Below, piece by piece: positions 25,365 to 37,029 of a stretch of DNA of 64,000 bases. The position numbers and the translations under genes are program-made. The notes below the pieces were generated by a model. The model saw only the letters and a list, made by a program, of their open reading frames with translations. It ran no database searches and had not been told where the DNA came from. Location of the stretch: contig OY740795.1 of NCBI GenBank assembly GCA_963514005.1, positions 62,001 to 126,000 on the forward strand, read 5' to 3'. Source of the stretch: Raja brachyura (lineage: Eukaryota). How positions within the stretch are numbered: position 1 is the stretch's first letter; each line of letters opens with the position of its first letter.

Positions 25365-25894
25365 TGCTCCAGTCCCTGCACTGGGCCTTGCAGTAATAGT
25401 TGGCGCTGTCTTCAATTCTCAAAAGCAGAATGTTGAGAGTAAAAGGGTTTTCTGTCGCACTAGTGGCCGCGACAAATCGCCCACCGGGTAACACCAACTC
25501 CCAGTTTGTGTCCGATTCGGCTTTCCTGAAGACAAGCCACCGCTCCCATTTTTACCCCACGGCAGCGTCATCAGTGAAGCGACAGGTGATATTAACAGAC
25601 TGGCATTCCATCCGACTTATCGCGGGCGGCCTTTGTAACACTTGCTGACTGAACGTACCTGAAATTAAACAGAGAGACGGGTTGGTTCATTGCGTCGTCA
25701 GAGGAAGGCGTAGAGCGATGCTTAAACCCTGAAACCGCTGCTTATTGGGAAGAGTTTCGGGTGCAATGATAACAAATGTAAAGGGCGCCAGTGTGTTTTA
25801 ACTAAAACTCACCAGACCGGGAGACACACAGAGACAAAGCAAAAAGGATACCCTTCGCTCGGTTGCCCAGAACCGATTGTTGATTTTTCAACAT
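25365..25894 (-). pseudogene. IgNAR-like V of NAR-TCR (leader 25894-25813, V exon 25658-25365), in-frame stop
   Basis: Leader MLKNQQSVLGNRAKGILFALSLCVSRS-g|gtgagt. The V reads QQVLQRPPAISRMECQSVNITC...VG*K...GGRFV...EDSANYYCKAQC. The short FR2/CDR2, GGRF and YYCKA are NAR hallmarks. It has an extra FR1 Cys and a TAA at 25554-25552. Confidence 0.87.
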
Positions 25895-26429
25895 GTTTGG
25901 CAACTTTTGCTGCAGATAAAACCAGGATTCTCTGGTCTGAGGCAACTAAGGACATGGCGTTAATTAACATTGTTTGGTGTTGAGTCGATAACTTGTGGAT
26001 GTGTACCCGTGTGTTGCGCGACTAAGCTTGTGTGTTTAATTCGGAGTAATTCCCTTTCGTTTCCGCTGCGTTGTATGCCGTTTGCTCACGTTGGAGTCCC
26101 GCCTCCGCAACTCTCAAGCGCAGTGGTGAGTGGGGGATTCGAGATGTGGCCTTGCCCACGGACACTGACACTCCCACTTCCCTGCAGGGGGAGTGAGTGA
26201 AGATTGTGGCATTGCCACCGTGGGGTGACACTTCCTGAAGCTTGATGACTGCTCCTCTCTTTAAGACATGGACACGACGGTGTCAAAATCCCGCTAACAT
26301 ATCTCGTCGTGGTAGCATTGCATCCCGATTGATACTGATCTTGGAGCTAATCGGGACTTTAGTCCAGTCAGAATATATCTGACAGTGATCCATAATTATT
26401 TAAAACATTTTCATTATGTGGCTTGTAAA

Positions 26430-26712
26430 ATTATAGCCATAGCCTCAGATTAAAGGGACGTGTCTTTAGAAAGGAGATGAGGAGGAATTTATTTCTTCGC
26501 AGGGTGATGAATCTATGGAATAATTAATTCTCACAAATGTATGTGGATGCGGTCAATAGATATTTCTGACGTGGAGATAGACAGATTCTAGATTAGTACG
26601 GGTGTGAGGGGTTATGGGGAGAAAGCAAGAGCATGTGGTGAAGAGGACAAGATAGATCAGCCATGATTGAATCGGTGTATTGGCCTACTTCTGCTCTTGT
26701 AACTTATGAACT
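26430..26712 (+). mobile_element. Old CR1 3' fragment
   Basis: gccatagcctcagattaaaggg...gggttatggggagaaagca plus 3'UTR. Confidence 0.65.
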
Positions 26713-28603
26713 TGGAAGCACCGTTTATCGAGGCATCGGGCTTAATATGATATTTTGGGATATGGTATGGGTATTTGTTTAACATGATATGCAGGACATA
26801 TCGTGTTATGACCTGCTGTGTGTTGCAGAGTGAAGCCAGCGGCGAAAAACTCGTTGTACGTAGCAGATTATTAAATTAACTGATAATTGTCCAGTGCTAC
26901 TGGCCGGCGCAGCTTCATTAGAAAACAAACAACCTGTGTTCATTCCTGGCCTCCATTGTCAACAACATGGACCTTGCAATTCGTGTGGGACCGCGTGCAT
27001 TTCTTTCGGAGACTCCGATGTCCACCCACGTCAAGGAGCCGTGTAGCAGATAGTCGATTGGCCAATGTAAGTTGCTCCACGTGTGCGGGTGAGTGGCAGA
27101 AACTGAGGGTGTGTGTGTGGAATACGCGAAGGCATGCAATTGATGGAAATTTACTGAGACGGAAATAGACCGGTGAGCATGAGAGGTTGATGATCAAAGG
27201 GGGCTGTAAGGAACACACGGACCACTTTTGTGTTGTCTGACTCAATTGCTCAATTGCTTCAATCTCCACAGCACAAGGTAAATGTAATATGTGCGGCATC
27301 ATAAGGCAACCAGAAAATGAACAACGCATTGCGAAATTGTCAACCGTGTTCTCTTCCCTGGTATAAGTAAGGTTTCATATTATTTACACGGAATTGGATC
27401 AATTCATGATTGCTTTCAAGAATGGACTGGAAGGCTGTTCTGGTAGAACGGATTAGATATACGGAATAAACGCTTAGCACGATGCAAATTTCTACATAAG
27501 AAAGCGAAAGAAACAAGATGAAAATTATCTTTAGTTCAAATAAAGACACATTGCTGCATAAAATTTCATCATTAAAGTGGATATGTTTCTGGAAAATCTT
27601 GGCGTCACTTAAAATGTTCGAATGTTATTGGTCTGCCTGAACTCAGCAGCGAAAATAAGTGATCGGCAGAATAACCTGGCATTTTATTGTTATAGATGGA
27701 ATGGGTCGTCATCGCAGTGTACACAGGCGTGTATCCCAGTTAGTTGGTCAATCGGGTAACTACACTGCAACCTTATTTGCCAAATACTCCGACTAATCAC
27801 TGATCCACAGAGTCGAACTTGGGGGCACTGCTACTATTGGACGTACGGTATATGTTATCTGAATACAGTAATCAGTGAGGCAGAGCTTGGGGTGAACCAC
27901 GTCAGGTTGAATATCGGTAACAGGAATGTTCTCAGAGAATGATAAAGATAGGCATCAAGTCGCCAAAGATTTCCACACTGGCGCGCGCTCTTCAAAATAA
28001 CAGTGACACGAATTTCTCAAATAATTCAATGAATTATCTTGCAACATACATAAAACTTATTTCACTGATAATAATATTAAAACAATAGAACTTTGTCACG
28101 GGGATGAAAGCAGATAAGAGCCAAGGCACGAGAAGGGGCGATATGTGGGCACAGAGGAGATGTTAAGAGAAAGGCATGGAACCCGAGATTGAGATGAAAA
28201 GTTGAACGCCAAGACGCTCCTCTACTTGAACGGAATGTCACACTTCATATTGCTGCAAATTGTTTCAATGGTTGTTCATCTCCAGTTTGAATGATGAGAT
28301 CCACACCTCGCTTCATCAAACATTTACCAGATCACAGTTTATTGAAGGAGGAGAAGGCCAGTTATTTTTGAATGTTTTTTTTAGCGCGTGGAAACCTTTG
28401 GTAACTTGGTGCATATCTTTATTATTCCCCGCGAAAAAGCGTTGTGTTCATATACCACCATTCACTGTGCGCTCCGAGACCGCAAAGCATTCGCGTGAAT
28501 TATTTATCCTGCCCACCATTCAAACCCAACCAAATTACATTCCGGGCGGCCACAGGAGCGCAGCAGTAGAGTTGCTGCCTTACATAACATGCAGCTGAGA
28601 ACA

Positions 28604-28870
28604 TAAATGATCGGCAGAATAACCTGGTATTTTATTGTTATAGATGGAATGGATCGTCATCGCAGTGCACACAAACGTGTATCCCAGTTAGTTGGCCAAT
28701 CGCGTAACTACACGGCAAGCTTATTTGCCAAATAATCCGACTAATCACAAATCTAGAGAGTCGAACTTGGGGCCACTGATACTGTTAGACGTACGGTATG
28801 TTTTACCTGAATACAGTAATCGGTGAGTCAGAGCTTGAGGTGAACCGCGTCGGATTGAATAACGGTAACA
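28604..28870 (+). repeat. Local ~270 bp direct duplication of 27653-27920
   Basis: tgatcggcagaataacctgg...gaat..cggtaaca is repeated. Confidence 0.85.
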
Positions 28871-29410
28871 TCCTGCTAAACTCCAGTGAATAGAAGCCTG
28901 GTCTTTTCAATCTTTCCTCATATGACAGTCCTGCCCTCCCATGGATCAAGCTCGTGAACCTACGCTGCACTGCCTCAATCACAAGGAATCCTTCCTCAAA
29001 TTAGGAGACCAAAACTGTACACAATACTCCAGATGTGTTCTTACCAGAGCCCTATAGAACTGCAGAAGAGACCCTCTACTCCTATACTTAAATCCTCTTG
29101 TTATGAAGGCCAAAATTCAATTAGCTTTCTTCGCTGCCTGCTGTACCTGCACGCCAACTTTCAGTGACCGGTGTACAAGGACACCCAGATGTCACTGAAT
29201 ATCACCCTTATCTAACCTAACCCCATTGATGTAATAATCTGCCCCCGTGTTTCTGCCACCAAAGTGCATAACCTCACATTTATCTATATAAATAATTCAC
29301 CTGACACGCATCTGCCCACTCACTCAAACTGTCCAGGTCACCCTGCAACGTCCTAACATCCTCTTGATGCCACCCAGCTTTGTGTCATCCGCAAAATTGC
29401 TAGTGTTGTT
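28871..29410 (-). mobile_element. CR1 RT fragment
   Basis: Reverse complement of part of the adjacent copy at 29420-30458. Confidence 0.85.
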
Positions 29411-29419
29411 TTATGAATG

Positions 29420-30458
29420 TTGTAATGGCAGGCGGTGGCGAGTGGAGTGTCGCAAGGCTCGGTGCTGGGGCCGCAACTGTTTCTCATGTATATTAATGAT
29501 TTGGAAGAGGGAATTAGGAGCAACACTAGCACATTTGCGGATGACACAAAGCTGGGTGCCAGTGTGAACTGTGAGGAGGATGTTAGGACGTTGCAAGGGG
29601 ATCTGGACAAGTTGAGTGAGTGGGCAAATGCGTGGCATATGCAGTATTATATAGATAGTGAGGTTATCCACTTTGGCGGCAAAACAAGGGGGCAGATTAT
29701 TATCTCAATGGGGTTAAGTTAGGTAAGGGGGAGGTACAGCGAGACCAGGGTGTCATTGTACACCAGTCACTGAAAGTTGGCGTGCAGGTTCAGCAGGCAG
29801 TGAAGAAAGCTAATGCAATGTTGGCCTTCATAACAAGAGGATTTCACTTCAGGAGTGAAGAGGTTTTTCTGCAGTTGTATATGGCTCTGGTGAGACCACA
29901 TTGGAGTATTGGGTACAGTTGTGGTGTCCTAATTTGAGGAAGGACATCCTTGTGATTGAGGCAGTGCAGCGTAGGTTCACGAGATTGATCCCTGGGATGG
30001 CGGGACTGTCATACGAGGAAAGATTGAAAAGGCTAGGCTTGTATTCACTGGAGTTTAGACGGATGAGGGGAGATCTTACAGAAACATATAACATTATAAC
30101 AGGACTAGGCAAGCTAGATGCAGGAAAAATGTTCCCAATGTTGGATGTGTCCAGAACCAGGGGCCACAGTCTTAGAATAAAGGGGTGGTCATTTAAGATT
30201 GAGCTGAGAAAAAACTTTTTTACCCAGAGAGTTGTGATTTTATGGAATTCCCCGCCACAGAGGGCAGTGGAGGCCAAATCACTGGATGGATTTAAGAGAG
30301 AGTTGGATAGAGCTCTTGGGGCTAGTGGAGCCAAGGGATATGGGGAGAAGGCAGGCACGGGTTATTGATAGCGGATGATCAGCTATGATCACAACGAATG
30401 GCGGTGTTGGCTCGAAGGACCGAATGGCCTCCTCCTGAAACTATTTTCTATGCTTCTA
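29420..30458 (+). mobile_element. CR1 LINE, 5'-truncated
   Basis: ORFs 29435-29722 (SGVSQGSVLGP, FADDTK) and 29901-30368, followed by the 3'UTR. Confidence 0.9.
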
Positions 30459-31641
30459 TGTGCCTTTGTCCTGGCTGTGGGGAGTCTGCAGGTTATCCAT
30501 GCGATGGCTTATCTTACCTTCGGTTTCCCCCCATATCTCGGATGTCGTGCGAGATTGTAGGTCAATTGGCCGCTGTAAAATTGCCTTCATGCGTAGAGAG
30601 TAGATGCGAAAATAGGAATTATTGTGAACTGGTGTGTGATGGCCGATGTGCACTCTGATGACTCAACGGCCTGTTTTCATGTTGCATCTTAACGCCAATC
30701 AATTAATGGCGTCGGGGATTCAAGAATTAATTTATTATAGAGACATAAAGTCATACAGTATGGACACAGGTACTTCGGTCTAACTTTCCCACGCCGACCA
30801 ACATTCCCCATCTGAAGACGTCTGAGGAAGGGTCTCGACCCGAAACGTCACCCATTCCTTCTCTCCAGAAATGTTGCCTGACCCGCAGAGTTTCTCCAGC
30901 ATTTAGTACACCCGCCTGCTTGCGTTTTGCGCATATCCCTCTAACCCTGTCCAATCCATGCCCCTGTTTAACTGATTCGTCAACGTTGCTATAGTCCCTG
31001 CTTTATCTGCTTCCTCCGGCAGCTCCTTCCATCCACCGCCACCGTATGTGTCGAAATAATTACACACCCATCCCCCACCACCTCCACCCACCACCTTATA
31101 CCCATGTCCACGGGTTCTTGCTTCCCCTATTCTTAGTAAGATATTCTGCGACTAACCGATATATTACGATCTATTTGGACGAACAGGAGAACGTGCAAAC
31201 TACACACCGACAGTTGACTAACACCGCTTAGCAGACTGCTCTAAAATTGGTTATTAATGGCGTTGTGATCATCGTAATCGGCGGGAAATGATCACAACTC
31301 ATGGGAGAGTTTGAGTAAAGAATTTCGGAATCCGAATGGAACAAGGAACATTCCAAATACGCCGCCTTCTGAAAAGCTGGGAAACTGAGAGACTTTTATT
31401 TCGAAGCTGTTGGAACGAGAGGTGGATGCGGAGCGGAGCATAGAAACGAACAGGAGCCAGTAACGGAAGGAAGGGATTCAAGGGTGACAGCTCTCAGCGA
31501 ATAGGAAGCAAGCCACCGGCGCACCTGCGCAAATCGCACCAAAAACTACTTGGGAAACAATTCTCAGAGTGACAGGAAACCGCGAACAGGACCCTGTGTG
31601 AGACTTGCATTGGATTCAAGCGCGAGCTACGAGGTGCCTGG

Positions 31642-32139
31642 TGTTTCCATGCGGGTGTATACTGATTGCCATCACTGTGCGGCTCAAAGTGCAGTAATAA
31701 TCTGCAGAGTCGCTCAGCTCCAGATCTGAGATGGTCAAACTGATGAATTTACTCCCGGTTCGGAGTTCGACAGAGAAACGACTGTCAGCAAACCGCGCTT
31801 TCCATTCATCCCCATCGCTGTCTTTCCGTAAAGTGTACTCAGGCTCTGAGCCAGGTATCTGTCGATACCAGTATATCCTGTAGGCACCCGGGGTTTTGTA
31901 TGTGCATTCCAACGTCACTGCTTCTCCTTATGTCTTCACTGCTAATGGCGGCGATTGAGTGACAGAATATGTGATCTGTAAAAATAGATCCAAACGGAAA
32001 AAAAAATTATCAGACCTGCGAGATTTAAAGTCTGAGATTCATACCCTGTTTCACAAGTAAAAGAGAAAATAAATGTATGTGTGTCACTATAACTTATCGT
32101 AAATGTTCCCCGCACAATCCAGATAATGAGGAACCACAT
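31642..32139 (-). pseudogene. TCR alpha/delta V pseudogene (leader 32139-32094, V exon 31975-31680, degenerate RSS)
   Basis: Leader MWFLIIWIVRGTFTI. The V reads TLECTYK...YWYRQIPG...SDSADYYCTLSR. It has an 8-nt deletion after the acceptor relative to its duplicate and a TAA at 31930-31928. The RSS is cacagtg-22-atggaaaca. Confidence 0.9.
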
Positions 32140-32419
32140 GGCGTCTGTCGGCTGAGTTGTTGATGTGCCGTCGGCAATCAGAACGCTCCTCGTTGTTGCC
32201 CCGTGTCTCCGTTGGCTCTCCAATAGCGGTGAGCGGGGTGGGGCCTATCTGTTGATGGAACAGCTGCGCTGGAGTCACTGACCTTATCACTGAAGCAATA
32301 ATATCAAAATAGCGTTATCCAAGGAGCTCGGTGTTATATGAAGAGCAAACGTAACGACACGTATATACCTGAAAGTCATTGTGCATAGAACGGCTCCTAA
32401 ATTATGTCTGTGCGTTTCA

Positions 32420-32585
32420 TTAAGTTTAGTTAGTTTAGCTTACTTTAGTTTAGTTCAGTTTATTCAGATTCATTTCCTTTAGTTGAGTTCAATTCCGTTC
32501 AATTCCGTTCAGTTCAGTTTAGTTAAGTTTAGTTTAGTTTGGTTTAGTTTAGTTTAGCTTAGTTTAGCTTGGTTTAGATCAGTTT
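32420..32585. repeat. (tttag/ttcag)n microsatellite
   Basis: Pentamer array, duplicated at 51418-51580. Confidence 0.9.
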
Positions 32586-34611
32586 ATGATTGCCACGGAT
32601 AATGAGAAATAGTAAAATAAACCGTTCTGTTTGAGTGCTGAGGAGTCAAAGAAAAGACTGTACATGTCTGCGTGTGTGCACTTAGGGACTGGGAGATAGA
32701 GTGAAAGAACGCTGTGCATATAAATGCCCCATATGAACCAGCGCGGCTATACTCATTGGATGGGAACAATGGGGAGATACCGTCCCTTGTAATCCTCCAA
32801 ACTCGCCACAGTTCCAATGAATATCTTCCAAACCTCCGTGAAGGACTGCATGTCCCCCGACTGGATGCCGTGCACCCCCACCTCTGCACGTAATGAGTAA
32901 TCACACGTGTTCAATACACATTTTCCCAGTTTATCTTCGTAACGACACGGTCTATATTTGTCTCTATTCCGTTGCTATATTGTTGTACCTGACACAGTAA
33001 ACCGTTGTTCATAACATCATTCCTGCATTCCGCCTTTTCCATACTTTCCTGCTGGTTATTCGGGTTCTCTCCAGTGTTATTCTTCTTTCGACCAAATATC
33101 CTGTAGCGGAACTATTTAGATCTTTACTTTCGACGGTGAAACTGACGGATGTTCAAATATTGAGCTGAACTGAAAGTACCGGAGAAGCTCAGTACATCAG
33201 GATTCAACCGTAGAGGAAAATAGACAGGCGATGCTTAGGGTCAGTAGCCCACAATCAGACCAAGAAGGGTCACGTCTCGAAACGTCGCCCTATCCATTCC
33301 TTTCCTGGATGCTTCCCGACCTGCTGAGCACTCGGGCGCTATGTGTTTTACTGTCGGTGGTTCTGTCTATGCGAATATTTATACAAGAATATCGACATAG
33401 TTAACTTTGAATTACGTGAGGAAATCAAAGCGGTACAAATAATAATGTACCTGTTGCCCGTTGTATCACGGTCGCCACTGCCAACTACCAGTCTCCCGAA
33501 GCACGAATGCGGCCAACAAAGTTAGTTCAATCCCAACCGGTTACTGCGCTGGGCCTACACCGCCTTGCTGTGTCTATCGCCCTACCAACTGCTCTTCTCA
33601 GATCTAATCCGAATTTTACAACTGAAGCCGCCATCACTGCTAATATTTGCACTACAGTTCAGGAATAGACTACATAAATGATCATGTAGAGATGTATACG
33701 ATCGCTAGGGAAATATACAGCGGGTATTCACACAGTATTTTACCCAGAGTAGGTTTATTTCGAATCAAGGGCCTGAGGACAAGATGTTTAAGGTGAGACG
33801 GACAGATTTAATAGGAACTTCATGATAAGCTTTTTCACTCTATGGGTGGAGGGTGTATGGAACAAGCTGTCAGAGGAGGATGTTGAGGCCGTCCCTATCT
33901 CAACTTCGAAAATACATTTCGATTAGGTACATGGAGAGGAAAGGTTTAGAGGGATATGGGCCAAACGCAGGCAAATAGGGCTGGAGTAGATGGGGCATTT
34001 TGTTCAATGTGGGAGGGATTCAGCGGATGGGCCTATTTCCATGCTCTATACTCCCACGACCCTATAACATGGTAAATCGATTGCACAGAAGATGATGTAC
34101 GACATATAGTTCCCAATGCAACAGCACCTCTCAAATCAATTACATCTGCCACCAAAACATGATGAGCAGCGTGTGCATGGGGCCAAGGACAGCGAAAAGT
34201 GGCTCCCACTCTCTCTTTCTCTCTCACACACACATTCACACACACACAAACACAGACCAATATGTCCCATCTAATCACACCAGCCTGCGCTTGGCCCATA
34301 TTCCACCATGTCTATCCTTTCCATGTGCCTGTCTAAAGCGTTGCGCTGGTACCCTCCTCCACTACCTACCCCGGCAGCGCGATCCAGACACCCACCACCG
34401 TTTGTGTAAAAAGGTTACCCCTCTGGTTCAATTAAATCCTCACCACACACACAATCCCCTTAAACCTGAATCCTCTGGTTCTCTATTCCCCTATACTGGG
34501 CAAGTGACTCTGGTGGTTTACCCGACCCATTCCTCTCATTTGTAAACACTTCATTCCCATGCACATCATGGAATAAAGTCCTAGCCAACTGATCCTCACC
34601 ATGTAGCTCAG

Positions 34612-34935
34612 TGGCACGGCGGCACGGCGGCACGGCGGCGTAGCAATATTGCTACTTTCTTACTGCACCAGAGACCCGGGTATCCTGACTACGGGTGCTT
34701 GTCTGTTCACAGTTTGTACGCTCTCCCCGTGACTTGCGTGGGTTTTTCCGAGATAATGGTTTTCCGCCCACAATCCAAAGACGTACATATTTGTAAGTTA
34801 ATTGGCTTATTATAAAATGTAAATTTGTCCCATGTGTGTGTAGGGTGTTGTTGATGTGAGGGGATCACTGGTAGGTGCGGACTCGGTGGGCCGAAGGGCC
34901 AGATTCCGCGCTGTATCTCTGAACTACACTAAACA
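34612..34935 (+). mobile_element. tRNA-derived SINE (V-SINE/HE1-like)
   Basis: Head (ggcacggc)n, core and tail as in other copies; duplicated at 56046-56360. Confidence 0.75.
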
Positions 34936-35502
34936 AAACGTAGTCCCTTTGGTGCTGTCAACACCGCCGCAAGTCTTCTCTGCATCCTTTCCTGCTTGAC
35001 AACATCTTTCATACTACACATGCCCAAAACGGAACGCAATACTCTTAAGGTGGCCTCGCATCCTACCTTGCATCTATCTCGCATATAATACGTTCCTTGC
35101 CGTATTAAATTGGGAATGGGGATAATTTCTAACTCGTGGATAAATGTAAACAGAACGTACATTTCGCCAGACAATCAACGTAACCTATAATTCCTTCATT
35201 TATCCCGCTCCTCACAGTTCCTTTATATTACGATACCTTAGAGTTCCTCATAAGGCCGAGCCAAATTTCCCCTTTTACATCGATAAGAACCTTTCCATCC
35301 CCACCCAGTCACTGCAAACCTAACCTGAAAGAACGCTGAGCGAGTCCCAACTCGGGAGGAAACTGGGGTAGGCGGAAGTCAGTCGCTTCCCGCCCACCGT
35401 TACCACTGCGCCACTAGCACCAGCAGTAGAGTCGAGAACATCAGAAAGCCGCACAGCACCAGGTCGAGGAGGGACATTCACAAAGGGGTTTTCACTGGGA
35501 TA

Positions 35503-36432
35503 ATGCGCCCATTTGCCATTTGGATTGTGTGGGGAGCATGCCTGATAGGTAAAATCGCAGCAGTTAATCCGGCTACTCACGCCGACGGAACGTCGACCAT
35601 CATTGTGAATGCGAACCGGTCTAATATTTATCTATATGTAAATGCAAAGCCGGGTGCAACTTAATGGCCATCCACATGTCATGGAGAAAATGAATTGTTA
35701 TAGGTAATGTTTGGGGTCGAGACCCTCCTTCAGGTCACCTATTCTTGTTGTCAAGAGAGGCTGGCTGACCCGCAGAGTTACTCCAGCTTTTCATGTCTAA
35801 CCGGTTGAAGTCAACATCGACAGTTCCGTCTTACCTATAAGCCGCGGCAATGTTCGGTTCACCTCGATAAGGAAGCGAACTATACGATGTATGTCTACCC
35901 CAGTGTAGACAGTGGCCTTTGTCTCTGGAACTGATTCGCTACAATAATATGTACTTTGTTCTGCATTTTCTACCTTTGCTTTATCGATCTATTGAACGTG
36001 CGTTTGATTTGATTGCATTTAAGTACATTATCAGTTGATCTGTTTAGGTAGCATGTAATACAAAGGTCTTCTGTATTTTTGGTGCACGCATAACAAACCT
36101 AAATCTAATCCTTTTTTTTCAGATCCCAATCATGGAGATACCGTCACACAATCGCTGCCGTCAGCACAGAAGGTAGAAGGAGAGTGGATGTCTTTCAGCT
36201 GCACCTATGATACCACAGCAACGAGCTACGACTTATTTTGGTACCGGCACCATCAGGACTCAAGGCCCGAGTTCATACTGAGGACATATTCAAGTGGAAG
36301 AACTGAGGAGAAAGCCGACTTTGCAGGCGATCGCTTCTTTACCCAGCTCCAGACCGATAGAAAATTATTCAGTTTAACCCTATCGGGGCTGAAGCTGAGC
36401 GACTCTGCAGTTTATTACTGCGCCTTTCGCCG
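35503..36432 (+). CDS. TCR alpha/delta V segment, apparently functional (leader 35503-35548, V exon 36123-36432)
   Basis: Leader MRPFAIWIVWGACLI-g|gtaaaa and acceptor ttttcag. The open V reads DPNHGDTVTQSLP...FSCTYD...LFWYRH...SDSAVYYCAFR. Confidence 0.93.
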
Positions 36433-36471
36433 CACAGTGATGGAACCAAATGAAACCTTCCTACAAAAACA
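36433..36471 (+). promoter_or_regulatory. 23-RSS (cacagtg-23-acaaaaaca)
   Basis: Consensus heptamer, 23-nt spacer and near-consensus nonamer. Confidence 0.95.
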
Positions 36472-37029
36472 TCAGCTTCTGCTTTGCCTGCTGCAGCTAG
36501 ATACGTCTGCACTGCGTTTGCAGGTTGTGGTTTCCCACCACCTGAGAATTCATCCCAATTCACTCAGTTTCTCTTGAGGGCGGTTTGCGGTGACATCGGC
36601 GCAACTGAAACCCACCAACTCCCTTTCTGTGCTCCGTGCTGAGGGCGGCATCTGTGTGAACAGAATCGCCATGTCTGGTGTCCGGAAAACACATGGGTTA
36701 GGTTTACATTTATAATGGTCAAAGATGCAGTTTTAAACTATGCTTCCCATGCTGGCCAGATCAGATAACGATCCATAAATACAACCCATTCAAACCGAAG
36801 TGCAATAGATAGAGCAAAGGGAAAGATACAGAGTGCAGAATAACGTTGGAATAAAGAGTGCAGATGTGCACTGGCCTGTACTGCTCATTGTGGGGTTACA
36901 TCTTGTAGTACCCTACCGCAGATAGACACAACACGCTGGAGTAACAACGGGACAAGCAACATATCCGGAGAGAAGATGGGTGACGTTTGGGTTCGAGACT
37001 GAAAGTCAGGGGAGAGTGAGACTAAATAT

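Noticed and set aside
28871-30458. Twin-priming inversion of one CR1
   Set aside because: The two arms cover the same RT region, whereas twin priming gives non-overlapping parts.
32091-32100. Apparent dead donor (ataagt) in the leaders at 32.1 and 51.1 kb
   Set aside because: Alignment with the 35503 leader places the donor 4 nt later (a|gttata, a|gtaata) in the correct phase.
32420-32585. CRISPR-like or coded repeat array
   Set aside because: It is a simple degenerate pentamer microsatellite with no spacers, in a eukaryotic context.
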